Shown here one piece after another: positions 1 to 11,360 of a DNA stretch of 64,000 bases; the first letter of the stretch is position 1, and each line of letters begins with the position of its first letter. This stretch comes from Schizochytrium sp. TIO01 (Eukaryota > Protista > Bigyra: Labyrinthulomycetes). The notes beneath the pieces were generated by a model. That model made no database searches. It was given only the letters and a program-made list of their open reading frames with translations, and was not told where the DNA came from. The position numbers were made by a program, and so were the translations under genes. Where the stretch lies: assembly GCA_004764695.1 (NCBI GenBank), contig SMSO01000014.1, positions 4,350,845 through 4,414,844 of the forward strand, in the 5' to 3' direction.

Positions 1-3000
1 TACTAAAATTCCTTGATCATAATAATATTCTCTTCTGAAGCCAAGGAACCATGCATCGTTGATATCAGGGTGACGTTTGATATACCTTGAAGATATCATC
101 TGGTATTGTTTCTTTACTTCACCTTTTTGAATGCTTTTGAGACCATCTTTAGAATGCATTTGGTATAGGCTACAAATAATGGGTTAGCAGAGCCATGATA
201 CGGGTACCTGTTATTTATGCAAGCTTGAGTGTTTAGGCATTCGTTTGTCCTTTTCTCGAAGAATCATCACCTGTGGCCATATTCGTACCTGTGATATGTT
301 GGATTGATTTAAGATTTCGTTAAACTGTTTGAATGATCGTTCGTTCGTTCGTAAGAAACAGATCACTAAAATATCAAAATATTTATTTGGATAAATAAAA
401 TGCTACCCTGCTATCGATGATTCGTAGAGAGTCGAATTCCTTGGGAGCAAACCTTCACACGCACGGATGTAAATTCTTTATTTCGTGCGCATTGACTTGA
501 TGGGGTGAAAGTGAACGTTGGGGATTATTTGGGAGATAAATCTTGGCTCTGGACCTGAGGTAAAAATCACGCCACTTTCCCATATTCCAGTTGTTGCCAG
601 GAAGTAAAACTCGAACAGGATGACACATGCTGATGGTTCTCTTGATGATGGCGAGACTGGAGGGAGTCAATTGGTTCATGTCGTGATGTTCGCGAGCGGT
701 GCTTACAGCATTTGATCACCTGACAGGGTTTCAAATACTTGCATATTTCCATAAACCCAAGTTTTGCAAAGCGTTGATGTTCCCACTTTTGCAGTAGGTA
801 CATGCCGTTTAAGTGAGTACCACCTTAATTTAACCTCGTATTCGCAAAGTAGGACCGCCCGCTTGCTTGGCCGCTCCCTGAGAACATCATTCAATCAATG
901 AACAATTCCAGAGAATATCGCAATCTGATTCGAAATAATCTGCGTCTTCAACACGCACAGCATCATCAATTGAAGTGAGGTGGAGGCGCACACCGTTCTG
1001 CATACCCAATTTCGCCTAGCAGTGAGAAGCTAATTTTGATGACGGCTATAATTAATTGTTCTCCAAAGTTTCTCAGAACCTTCATTAGAAACAAGTTGGC
1101 ATTATGCACATTGCTACGACCTCCTACATTCCAACATAATAAGAGGTTGCGCCAAACGGATCATCGATTATCTGTAGCATCTTACTTTTGCTCAGAGATT
1201 CGGACAAGCTCCGAGCTGAGTTGCATTTTATTTTCTCTCAAGGCAAGAAAAACAGAAAAGAAAACACGAATCTCTTTCTACTTATTTTTTTTTAAATATT
1301 CGTAGTGTAGAAAATACTGTAGTATTTTTTTCTTTTTTATTTAATTTAAAGATAGTAGTTACGATAATAATAATCATCAGATGAGCAATAATAATAATAT
1401 TTTTATCGCTTTTTCTTTTGGGATCTGTGGACACGGAAGTTTGCAACCTGCTTCACGGTAGCATTACTATTTTAATTAATAGCAAGAACTCCACCTCTTG
1501 AACTTGTTGCGCTCTTTCAGTAAGGTGGCTAGCCGGCCCGTCGAGCTTATGTCCGCATTTAGATAATGTCTATGACCTACAGTTGGAATGAAAAAGCCAG
1601 GCTACAGCACTTTAGAATGGACAAGGTGTCCTTGCAGGAAACTTGTGTATGATAGAATTTATTTATTTATTTTAAAAAGAAAAAAGAAGAGGAGGAAGAC
1701 GGAGTAATAAGCAAAACATTAGTTATCCTCTTCATTTACATATAAACAACGATCTTTTTAAGAAAATGAAATGAAATTCAAGTGATGAATCCCCTTTTAC
1801 TCAACCAAAATCCAACACAAGGAACAGTACTATAAAGCGCAGTGAAGCTTGCTGATAATCTAGCATAGCTCTCATCGACTCTTTCTTGTTTGGTTTACCA
1901 GCGATCAGGAGAAGACCGAAGATCTTGCCTCTTTTGGTCTCCGTGGCGATCTCCCCAAAGTTGGCCGACGGAAGGTGGTTGTCCCTTTGCTCATATGAGG
2001 CTTGCTTCGACGCCATTTTCAGCTTTTAATTCCACACTATGTTTTGGTAATATACGCGCAAAGGTTTATATTTACAGAGAGGTCATGCCGTGGCATTGGA
2101 ATATCGATCACGTGTATTTATATAATGCGCGAACGATTCCCAGGCAGAGGTGGTGGGTTAAGAGACAGCGAGGCAGACACCAAGCGTTTGCAGAGCAATG
2201 CAAACCGGCAACCTGACGCATTCTGGTGAAGACGATTGGAATTACAATTTAGTCCTTTGGAGACGTCAAGGAAAACGATTAGGAGAAGGCTTTTACAGCG
2301 CCTTCATCGCGTTTAATCCTTGTCAACTCATACTCATAGAGAAGTGTTGTCAATTTTTGATTTTAAGATTGGTGAAATCTCTTTTAATTTTATAGAGTTT
2401 TTTGATAACTGGAAACACGCAAAGACTGTCATATTAATCTTTGCCTGTTTCCGAAATCTCTGATACTAGCAGGGCGAACTAAGTTTATAAAGGTAGGTCA
2501 GGGTGTGAGAGCTCTTGCTTTTACGATTAGGACATACGTGCCTTGAACAATTACATTGTAAATCATGAAATGTCACTATGGCGAGGGAAAACATGATAGT
2601 TAAGAAAATAATGTTTAATGCAAACTAAATATGGTGCACACGGGCAGAGAAGGACTCTTGGAAGAGTGTTCGGAGGGGTGTGCGCAGGGGCGGATTACTT
2701 TTTCCTTTTGTTTCTTTTCTTTTTCTTCAAGTTCTCATTTGGCTTTGTCAATCAGCGATTGAATTATGCCTCGCTTCTTAGACCGTTCGTTTTCATGGCT
2801 GGAAACGCTCGTATGCTAAATTCAAGCACAGACGCGCTGGGTGAAGAGACACTGCTCATGCATCCTGTGTTGTAATTGCTTATTTTAGGCAGCTTGGCAA
2901 CATTAACTTTTCAATTAGAGCAACACACTGTTTGTGTGCTACTCTGCTGAGATCGCAGAGTGCACTTCAATTACAGAAGAAATTCATTGCCCTAAGACTA

Positions 3001-3586
3001 ACCGAGCTACGACGACAGACCGTGTTGGACGGACACCGTAGCGTTGGGAAGAGACATACGACGACTGTCTGAGACTTTGTTCGATCCCAACAAAAGCATG
3101 ATGAATTTTTGAAGGACGAGGAGCTTTCTCAATTCTTCGCTGATCATGTTAATGTAGGATGGTACTCGATGTAAAATGAGCAGATTACTGGGGAGGCAAA
3201 GACATGTTTGCATAGGACAGCCAAACATCCGACCTCTTTTCAATTACTCGTACATGCGCAGTCTTTGTGCACAAATCGCGAGTAACAGAGAAAAAGTCTC
3301 GACGAAGAAGACAGATATCAGCATACGATGCGACAAAAACAGCTACACAACCGAAGTCAATACCATTCACGATTATTGTAACCTCAGAGATCGTACGATA
3401 ATGAATATGCGCCTCCTAATTTGTGATCAAGCGCAAGTGAGCGACCTCGTACTCTTTGCTTTAACAACCAAAATGTGAAGATGCAAGCAATCATGCCCTT
3501 TGATCATACATAAAAGTGAAGAACCCAGGCAAGAAGAACCAACAAAAGAATCAGCGTGTGCAGCCAAGTAAGCAAGTAAGCAGCTA

Positions 3587-3655
3587 CGTGAATGAGTGCG
3601 TGAGTGAGCGTGCGTGCGTGCGTGAGTGAGTTAGCGTGCGTGCGTGCGTGCGTGC
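3587..3655. repeat. (GCGT/GAGT)n tetranucleotide microsatellite
   Basis: Directly visible tandem gcgt/gagt units. Confidence 0.9.
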
Positions 3656-6600
3656 TTAGACGGCCGGTCAATGGGAAAAGACCCAAAAAAGCGAGCAAGT
3701 GCTACCCAGCCCGCCTCCCATAATCTAAGCTTTGCCCTCAAAACCTTCACAGAGCCGCCGCATCGCCCGTCTCGCGTTTCCCTCGCAGCAATTTGTATGA
3801 AAGCGAGCGCGTGCCGCCTTTCTTTTCTCCTACCTGATCCTTTTTTCACGTGCTTGCATGTGGACTAATCCAGTATGTCCCATAGGGGCCCGAAGGAGGG
3901 AGATGTCTATGATGTTCTTTTCTTCTTCAGGTTCTTCTTATCTAATAAACCTCGCTCAAGTTTTTTGAGTGCAAGTTCGGGTTTGTGCAGCTGTTAGAAT
4001 CTGCTCAAACATTGCTGTGCATATTCAATGAACTTTGGAAAGATGGTCCTCATTTGGTGTAGCTTTGCAGCGTTCAATATTTCTGGGCTTGAGGTTTATT
4101 TATAATTACTCACAACTTCACAGAATGAGCAAAGGTTTCAATGAAAGGCGGTGGACCCGAAAGATCAAAAAAGCTCTGGCGTAAGAGGTGAAGGTAAAGG
4201 AGATCTACGCATCGTAGGAGTACTTCTTGATGGAGAAAGAATTGCCTGTGTTATCCCATTAGGACTAGTAGTCGAATGAGTAGGCTCGCCTGACTGATTG
4301 CATTTCATTTTTTGGCTCAGCGCGACTCAGCACATAGACAAAGATGAATCACTAGGTTTCTGATGTTGAACTTTAATGAATCATGATGGTGATTTGTTTC
4401 TACTTATGAGAGGCAGCTGATGGTAGCGATCGAGCTGGAGCCGAGCAGGAAGCAGCAAAGGAGTGGGCGCGCGTCTAATTTTCATGCTCCAGCAGCAAGG
4501 ATAGCAGCAGTAGGAACAGCAGCAAAGTACTCGGTGGCAGCTTCTGTCCCCATTTTATCAACCTTCTCTCAACCTTCTACCTGATCGCAAGTCTCTATGT
4601 TATTGGACTACGCGCAATTCCACTGATGCCAGCCACTCTTGATGCCACACTCAACGAGGCTGTCAAACACGAGTGGCTCTGTTTACCATCTTGGAGATCT
4701 ATTAAAGTTTCTTCTTCGCTGCAATGCCCGGTTTAAACGTCCCCACTCGTCAGAGCTCGAGTTTTTCCTCGAACTCTGCTCCGAGTTCTTCTTCATTCTT
4801 CGATTTCGCCTGCAATTGTATTCTATATGTCTTAGTAGTACGTACTGATATTAGTGTTACCGTGCAGGACGTGTAAACCTACCATGATATGTAACATCAT
4901 CAACAGCAGCAACTTCGATAGAAACACCAAACCATTAGTCAGCATGTGACTGAAGGAAACCCATTCTGACATCTCAATGTCTCGAAGTTGAAGAATGTTT
5001 CTCATCCGCCGTGAGGTGAGGAGTAAGGATCAATCTTTTACTAGACCAAGGAGATTCTTCTTCCGGCAGATTAAAGATTGCTACCAATGACGCCCAAACA
5101 AGTATCTTCATTTATATTTATTCATTTCTGTAAAAATGAATGAAAATGAATAAATAAATAAATAATCAGAACAGAAAGAGGAAACAGAAAGCAACGAAAA
5201 GAGTCAGGTGGGGATGGCGTTGAATATTAAGCAGGCAGGCAGGTAGGCAGGCATAGGCAGACAGGCATACGAATCAAGTTGAAAACCTGAAGACTAACTC
5301 AAATCTGGCGGCTGCACAGCCGGCCCTCCTCCCTTTTGCACGCGCAGCTCCGAGCGAGTGCATCGATTCACTCTCTCAGTCAATCGCTCTCTCAATCATA
5401 CATTCATTCATCCTTTCTTTCTCTCACCTGTCTGTGAGATTGTTTCTTCTTAACAAATCCTTTTCCAACTTCCTCGAGCGCCTGTTTGTGCAGAGAAATA
5501 CTTCTCCTGTACCCCCATTTTCCCGTGCCACCCTTGCTCATAGAGCACTTTTAGGGGGGTTTATTGTAAGTTCTGATATACGCGACTGTGCACATCACGT
5601 GTAAAAAAAAAGAAAAAAGGAAAAAGCTTTCGAGTGGTTTTTTATTTTTATTTTGGTTTATCGTTCATTATTTGTTGCTGCTCGGGATTACCTCGAAGCA
5701 AGCAAGCAGAAAGCCAGGGCTTGACCGAGGCAGAAAGGAATTCCTGCCATTGGTCGTCCGTCGCGTATAGGACCGGTACCGCTGCATACGATTCGTCATC
5801 GGCGCTTCCTCCATCCCTCTTTCACTCCACTTCTCTGTAAAGGTTAAAAGAAAACAAAAAGAAAACCAAGAGACAAAAAAACACTTAGAAATCGAAATCG
5901 AAAGCGCATTGCGAATCAGAAATAATCAACTTGTACTAACCAGGCCAACCTTCACATCGGTGCTAAAGCTCTGCAGTCTTACAAGTAGGTACATACCTAC
6001 CTCCTTCACTCCCAACTTGGGCTCTCGTCCAGCTGTCCTTCGGCTTCTTTTCACCCTTCAAGTAAGTTTTAAAGTAAACCCTCCACAAGCACGCCCAAAG
6101 CAAAGTCTGTCTGCAAATAAGTCAGCCTACCAGCAGTAAGTCCAAGGCCTCTCTGGCTGCGAAAGCGTGGGCTTTCCACTTCTCCTCCTCTCCTGCTCTT
6201 TCTTCGGCCACTTCTTCCACGCACCTCACTTCAGTTTGAGCTGCTGCTGATCGATGATTCACTTTATTTGTTTGTTTCTTTACTTTCCGGCATCCATCGA
6301 ATTCTCTAAAAACGTGCCGCTACGCTAGGGTTAGCCCCAAGTAGACGCGCTAAGAGTCTCGGTGTTGGAAGAAGCGGCGCTACACGTGCCGCGCATTACA
6401 ACTTAAAAAGAGTCTTCAGGTAGTCACGAGTAGGGAGCGCTAGCTGGCCGAGGTCCGTGTGGATAATGATAGTGAATGAGCTAGGTAGCTAAGGCTGCTG
6501 GCGGAGTGTGCGTGCGTGCTGCCAACATTCAGGCTGGCTAGAGGAATCGATTTTGTAATTGGGCTGAGAGTGAGTAAGTCGCTCGCATGGTTTGCACACA

Positions 6601-6902
6601 GACTGACTAAAAGAATTTATTTGCTAGCAGACGCTTAGGCGGCACTAGGTGGAAGAGAAAGGAATTTGCAAAAGTAAAGTAGCAGCAGCGGCGACAAAAG
6701 CAGCCACAGCGGCAGAAGCAGCAAACCCCAAACCGGCCAGGCAGGTGCTTTGTTGCCAGCTTGCTTGGCGTGTGAGTGTGGAGCTAGCTAGTTGCCGAGG
6801 CCGCACTAGCTCGCTCGACTTTACTTACTTATTCTTCATTACAACTTCTTCATTGATAACACATCAGGATTACAGCTCGCAACAAGGCGGTGAGCAGCAA
6901 AG

Positions 6903-9900
6903 ATGTTGGCGCGTATCTCTAAGCGCCTTAAGAAGTCCACCCCGGGCGAAACCAAGGGGTGGCAGGAGAAGTTCACGATGGACGGTCAGCCATACTACTT
7001 CAACAATGAAACCATGGAAATCACATGGGAGAAGCCCTTCGAGATGCTCAGCAAGGCCGAGCAGGAGGACGGCCAGGGCCACTGGGTGTGGGTCCCAGAT
7101 CCAGTGAACGTCTGGCAGGCTGCCAAGATTCTTAAAGACAATGGCGAGGAGGTTCAAGTAAAGACCGAGGCCGGTAAGAAGGTAACCGTACTCCGCGACC
7201 AAGTCATGTGCGAAGCGCTCACCGGTGGTCGTGCCCAGCTCGTACCTCTTTGGGAGCTTAACTACTCCTCTCTGCGCCGCCCCGAGGAAGATTTAGTCAT
7301 GCTTGACTCCCACAACGAGGCCATGCTCATTAACACTCTTCGTCTTCGCTACGAGAAAGACTCCCTGTACACATGGGTCGGTGCTGCTCGCACCGTCCTC
7401 ATCAGCGTCAACCCGTACAAGAGCGTTGACCTTTACGGCCCGGAGCAAATCCAGCTCCATGCCAACCGGCCTCCCAACAAGCCTTTGCCACCGCATGTGT
7501 ACGACATCGCCGACGGCGCGTACCGTGATCTCGTGTACGCAAAGCAAAACCAGAGCATCCTCATCAGTGGTGAGTCTGGTGCCGGCAAGACCGTTTGTAC
7601 CAAGCAATGCCTTGACTATCTCGCCGACGTTGCCGGCTCTGAGAGCAACGTAGAGGAGAAGATCATTTTGGCCAACCCTCTGCTCGAGGCTTTCGGAAAC
7701 GCCCAGACACTCCGTAACAACAACTCTTCGCGTTTCGGTAAGTACATCAATATTCACTTCGATGGAGCCACGGGTGTTATCACCGCCGCCTCGATCACCA
7801 ACTACTTGCTTGAGAAGTCTCGCGTGGTCTACCAGCAAGACGGTGAGCGCAACTATCACATCTTTTACCAGATGTGCACGCACAGCAGCACCAAGAGCAA
7901 GCTTGGTCTCAACGACGTCAAGTCTTACACCTACCTCACGCGCTCCTCGACCTTCCTGGCCAAGGACATTGACGATACCAAGGCGCATGACGAGGTGCTC
8001 GAAGCCATGAATGTGCTCGGCTTTGACGACAACGCTCAGGATTTTGTTCTTAAGCTGACTGCTGGTGTTCTCACTCTCGGTAACATCAGCTTTGCCTCCA
8101 AGGACCTTCCCGATGGTGTCACTGGATCGTCTATCACCAACTCAGACGCCCTTAACGCCGCTGCCGACTTCCTTGCTGTTGAGAGCGCCGACCTCGAGCA
8201 CGTGCTTACAAACCGCTCCATCTCGGTTCGTGGTACTACCGACACCATCCCGCTCGACCCGGCCGCAGCACGTAAGGCATGTGACTCTCTTGCCATGGGC
8301 ATTTACTCACGCCTCTTCTTGTACCTCGTGGACCACATCAACAAATCCCTCGAGGGCAACGAGACCGGCAAAACCATCGGCATCCTCGATATTTACGGTT
8401 TTGAAGTCTTTGAGCAGAACTCCTTCGAGCAGCTCCTCATTAACTTCACTAACGAGGCTCTCCAGCAGCAGTTCAACAACACTACCTTTGCCGAGGAGGA
8501 GAAGGTTTACGAGACTGAGGGCATTGACTTCCAGCACGTCGAGTACATGGATTCTCAAGTCGTACTTGACCTCATCCAGGGCCGCCCGCACGGTATTCTG
8601 CTCATGATTGACGATGAGATCCGTATTCCCGAGGGATCTGAGGCCAATTTCATGAACAAGCTCGAGAACCAGTACAAGCGCCACCCTAAGTTTCAGACCG
8701 ACAAGCACCGTCGTCTCGAGAACTCTCTTTCTTTTGAGATTGCTCATTACGCTGGAATTGTGCGCTACAACGCCGATGGCTTCATGGAGAAGAACACTGA
8801 CACACTCTTCCAGGATGCCTACGACCTTGTTGCTTCTTCACACTATGAGAGCATGCGTGAACTCTTCCCTGAGCTCGAGAACCGTCGCCAGATGGTCTCG
8901 CTCTCCACACAGTTCCGCCAGTCCCTTGCGGCTCTCATGGATACCCTCGCTGAGACCACATCCCGTTACATCCGCTGTATCAAGCCCAACGATGACCAGC
9001 TGCCCAATCAGTTCGATGCTGGCCGTGTCATCGAGCAGCTTCGTTACTCCGGAGTCTTCGAGGCGGTTGAGATCCGCAGTCGTGGATTCCCCTTCCGTCT
9101 CACATATGCTGTGTTTGCATGCCGTTACTCTTGCATCAACCTTGGACACCACTACAAGAACAAAGACGACCCTGAAGAGTTGGTCCGCGAGATTCTCGCT
9201 ACCTCGAAGCAGGACTTCAGCGATGTTCGCTTCGGTCGTAGTCTTGTGCTCTACCGTGCTCCTGAATACAAGCTGCTCGAGCTCATGCGCAACTTGGCTC
9301 TTGAGACCATCATCCCCAAGCAGCAGGCCGCTCAGCGTGGACACCTTGCTCGCGAGTTTAAGCGCCGCTGCCTTGTTGCCCAGAAGGAGATCCAAGACGC
9401 TCTTGATGTTGGCAATGACATTGACATGCTTGACGCTGCCATTGCAAATGTCGAGCCCACCATTGGTGATATCAGACCGCTCTTCCCGAACGGCCAGCCC
9501 GGTAACCTCCGTAGTGCGTTGGCACACCGTGAGAGCCTTGCCAAGTGGAAGGCTCTTGAGGTTCGCCTCGAGAAGCTCGTAAGCCAGGACCCCAACAAGG
9601 TCTACTACGAGCTTGCCAAGGCCGTTGATGAAGGTAAAGCGCTCATGCACATTCCGCAAACGCCGCACCAGGCGGAGCTCATCAAGGAGGCCATCAGCCT
9701 TCGTGAGAACTCCGAGCTTGGCAAGATCGATGCTGCCTGCGGCAAGGTCATCGAAAACCTCTACCGTGAGGAGCTTGAGGACCTTTCCCGCCGTGCCAAA
9801 AAGTACGGCCACCGCACTCCTCAGCTCGATGAGATCAACCGTCTCCTCGCCCTCCCGGAGATTGACTACGTTAAACTCGAGATTGACGTAGCTAAGTCTC

Positions 9901-10619
9901 AAGGTGACCGCAAGCGTCAGATTCATCGTGAGATTCGCTTCGAAGAGCTCTTCTTGGCGATGCACGAGTCGGACTACGATGATATTGGCTCCGTTGACAC
10001 CCTCAAGAACCCTGAAGAGTTTGCGAAGTTCTCCGCCACCGGCTTTGCCAAGATCTTTGGCAACAAGGTCAAGCGTGCTGAGACCATGCTCACCTGGACT
10101 AAGGCTGCGCCGGCATGCACCCTCAACGAGGGCATTGAGCTCGACAAGCCATCTCTCAAGCAGTTTGTTGATGCTCTCAAGGCTGCTCGTGGCTTTGCTG
10201 GTGACAAGAAGTCTAACATTCCTGAGGATGACGCTGCTCGCTTCTTGGCTTACACTAAGGCAGCCTCCCCTGAAATTGTTGACGAGCTCTACATGCAGAT
10301 TATCAAGCAATGCACCCTCAACCCGGAGCCCGAAATCACTGCTAACTACTATGACCTCCTTGGTCTCATGTTGGAGACCGTGCTTCCGTCCGAACCCATG
10401 CGCCGTTACGTGCTCATGTTTGTCAAGCATAACGCCCCGGAGAACTTCCACTACAAGAACTTTACTTCCGCTATGCGTAACACCCTGTACGACCGTGGTG
10501 TCACCATCTCTGCTGGTGAGATTCAGTCTGCTCGTGAGAAGTTCCGCTCCACCACCAACTCTCGCTTCAGTCTGAAGAAGGAGGGTGCCTCTGCTGAGGG
10601 AGACGAGGACGACGAGTAA
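6903..10619 (+). CDS. Unconventional myosin heavy chain: N-terminal WW domain, SH3-like, motor, one IQ-like motif, MyTH4 (class IV-like architecture)
   Basis: 1238-aa ORF with an in-frame TGA at 6891 just upstream of the ATG. WW motif GWQEKFTMDGQPYYFNNETMEITWEKP; P-loop GESGAGKT; switch I NNNSSRFGK; switch II LDIYGFE; YIRCIKPN; IQ-like QQAAQRGHLAR; MyTH4 core DELYMQIIKQCTLNP. Strong C-ending codon bias. Confidence 0.96.
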   Translation: MLARISKRLKKSTPGETKGWQEKFTMDGQPYYFNNETMEITWEKPFEMLSKAEQEDGQGHWVWVPDPVNVWQAAKILKDNGEEVQVKTEAGKKVTVLRDQVMCEALTGGRAQLVPLWELNYSSLRRPEEDLVMLDSHNEAMLINTLRLRYEKDSLYTWVGAARTVLISVNPYKSVDLYGPEQIQLHANRPPNKPLPPHVYDIADGAYRDLVYAKQNQSILISGESGAGKTVCTKQCLDYLADVAGSESNVEEKIILANPLLEAFGNAQTLRNNNSSRFGKYINIHFDGATGVITAASITNYLLEKSRVVYQQDGERNYHIFYQMCTHSSTKSKLGLNDVKSYTYLTRSSTFLAKDIDDTKAHDEVLEAMNVLGFDDNAQDFVLKLTAGVLTLGNISFASKDLPDGVTGSSITNSDALNAAADFLAVESADLEHVLTNRSISVRGTTDTIPLDPAAARKACDSLAMGIYSRLFLYLVDHINKSLEGNETGKTIGILDIYGFEVFEQNSFEQLLINFTNEALQQQFNNTTFAEEEKVYETEGIDFQHVEYMDSQVVLDLIQGRPHGILLMIDDEIRIPEGSEANFMNKLENQYKRHPKFQTDKHRRLENSLSFEIAHYAGIVRYNADGFMEKNTDTLFQDAYDLVASSHYESMRELFPELENRRQMVSLSTQFRQSLAALMDTLAETTSRYIRCIKPNDDQLPNQFDAGRVIEQLRYSGVFEAVEIRSRGFPFRLTYAVFACRYSCINLGHHYKNKDDPEELVREILATSKQDFSDVRFGRSLVLYRAPEYKLLELMRNLALETIIPKQQAAQRGHLAREFKRRCLVAQKEIQDALDVGNDIDMLDAAIANVEPTIGDIRPLFPNGQPGNLRSALAHRESLAKWKALEVRLEKLVSQDPNKVYYELAKAVDEGKALMHIPQTPHQAELIKEAISLRENSELGKIDAACGKVIENLYREELEDLSRRAKKYGHRTPQLDEINRLLALPEIDYVKLEIDVAKSQGDRKRQIHREIRFEELFLAMHESDYDDIGSVDTLKNPEEFAKFSATGFAKIFGNKVKRAETMLTWTKAAPACTLNEGIELDKPSLKQFVDALKAARGFAGDKKSNIPEDDAARFLAYTKAASPEIVDELYMQIIKQCTLNPEPEITANYYDLLGLMLETVLPSEPMRRYVLMFVKHNAPENFHYKNFTSAMRNTLYDRGVTISAGEIQSAREKFRSTTNSRFSLKKEGASAEGDEDDE

Positions 10620-11360
10620 GTGAATGGAGGAGTATGACAACATTCTTCTTGTTCTGTACCCATAAACCAAGCATATGGGATAACTCTCGATCAGCTTCTG
10701 TTTTCTTCTAGCAATTTGAGGAGCAAAGGAAGGGCTTATTGTTAAGGATGCACTCGTTGTTCTGATTGTTGCTGTTCTTTTCCCTCCCTTTCAGTAGCAA
10801 ATTCTTGTTTGCTCCTATCATCTCCGACGCTCTGCAAAGCCCTTCTTTGAAATACCGTTTTACCCAACGCCGTCGTTGTTGTTTGTGTCTGTGTGTGTCT
10901 GTGTTGTGTGACTACCACTCTGTCTCTCTCACAACGAAGCAATTCTTTCAAGACTCCGTACTACATGTCTTCTATGCCGTCATTTGCGACTGTATTCTGA
11001 AGCACTTACTATACTACCGTGTCTAGCAACCATGAACAAAAAATAAATTCGTTTCGTTTCTACAAACTTTTGTCTTTTCCCTATTTTGATTTTATTATAT
11101 CAAGCACAACACCCTTTGAGAGTTGGATTTGGAGAGCTATGAATATTCAAGTGCGTGAAATGTGTCAATCATGGACAAGGCAAGTAGTGACACTTCTTTC
11201 TTCTTCTTGTTTCAAAATATAAAAATCTAACTTTTAACTCGAAATAAAAACAAAGACTAGGTAGTTGTTCTGTTCAGGGTGATCGCTACAGAAAAAGTCT
11301 ATAAAAGCAACAAAAAACACATGAATATTAATAACCTGTGCCTACAAGAACCATAAAGTT

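Noticed and set aside
1-3500. Numerous 60-110-aa ORFs at the window start
   Set aside because: No motifs or codon bias, many non-ATG starts, and no terminal repeats or transposase/RT signatures seen.
8838-10670. 610-aa antisense ORF (also 7293-7988) over the myosin
   Set aside because: Mirror-frame ORF expected from strong codon bias (few TTA/CTA/TCA codons on the sense strand). The V/L-rich translation has no recognisable motifs.
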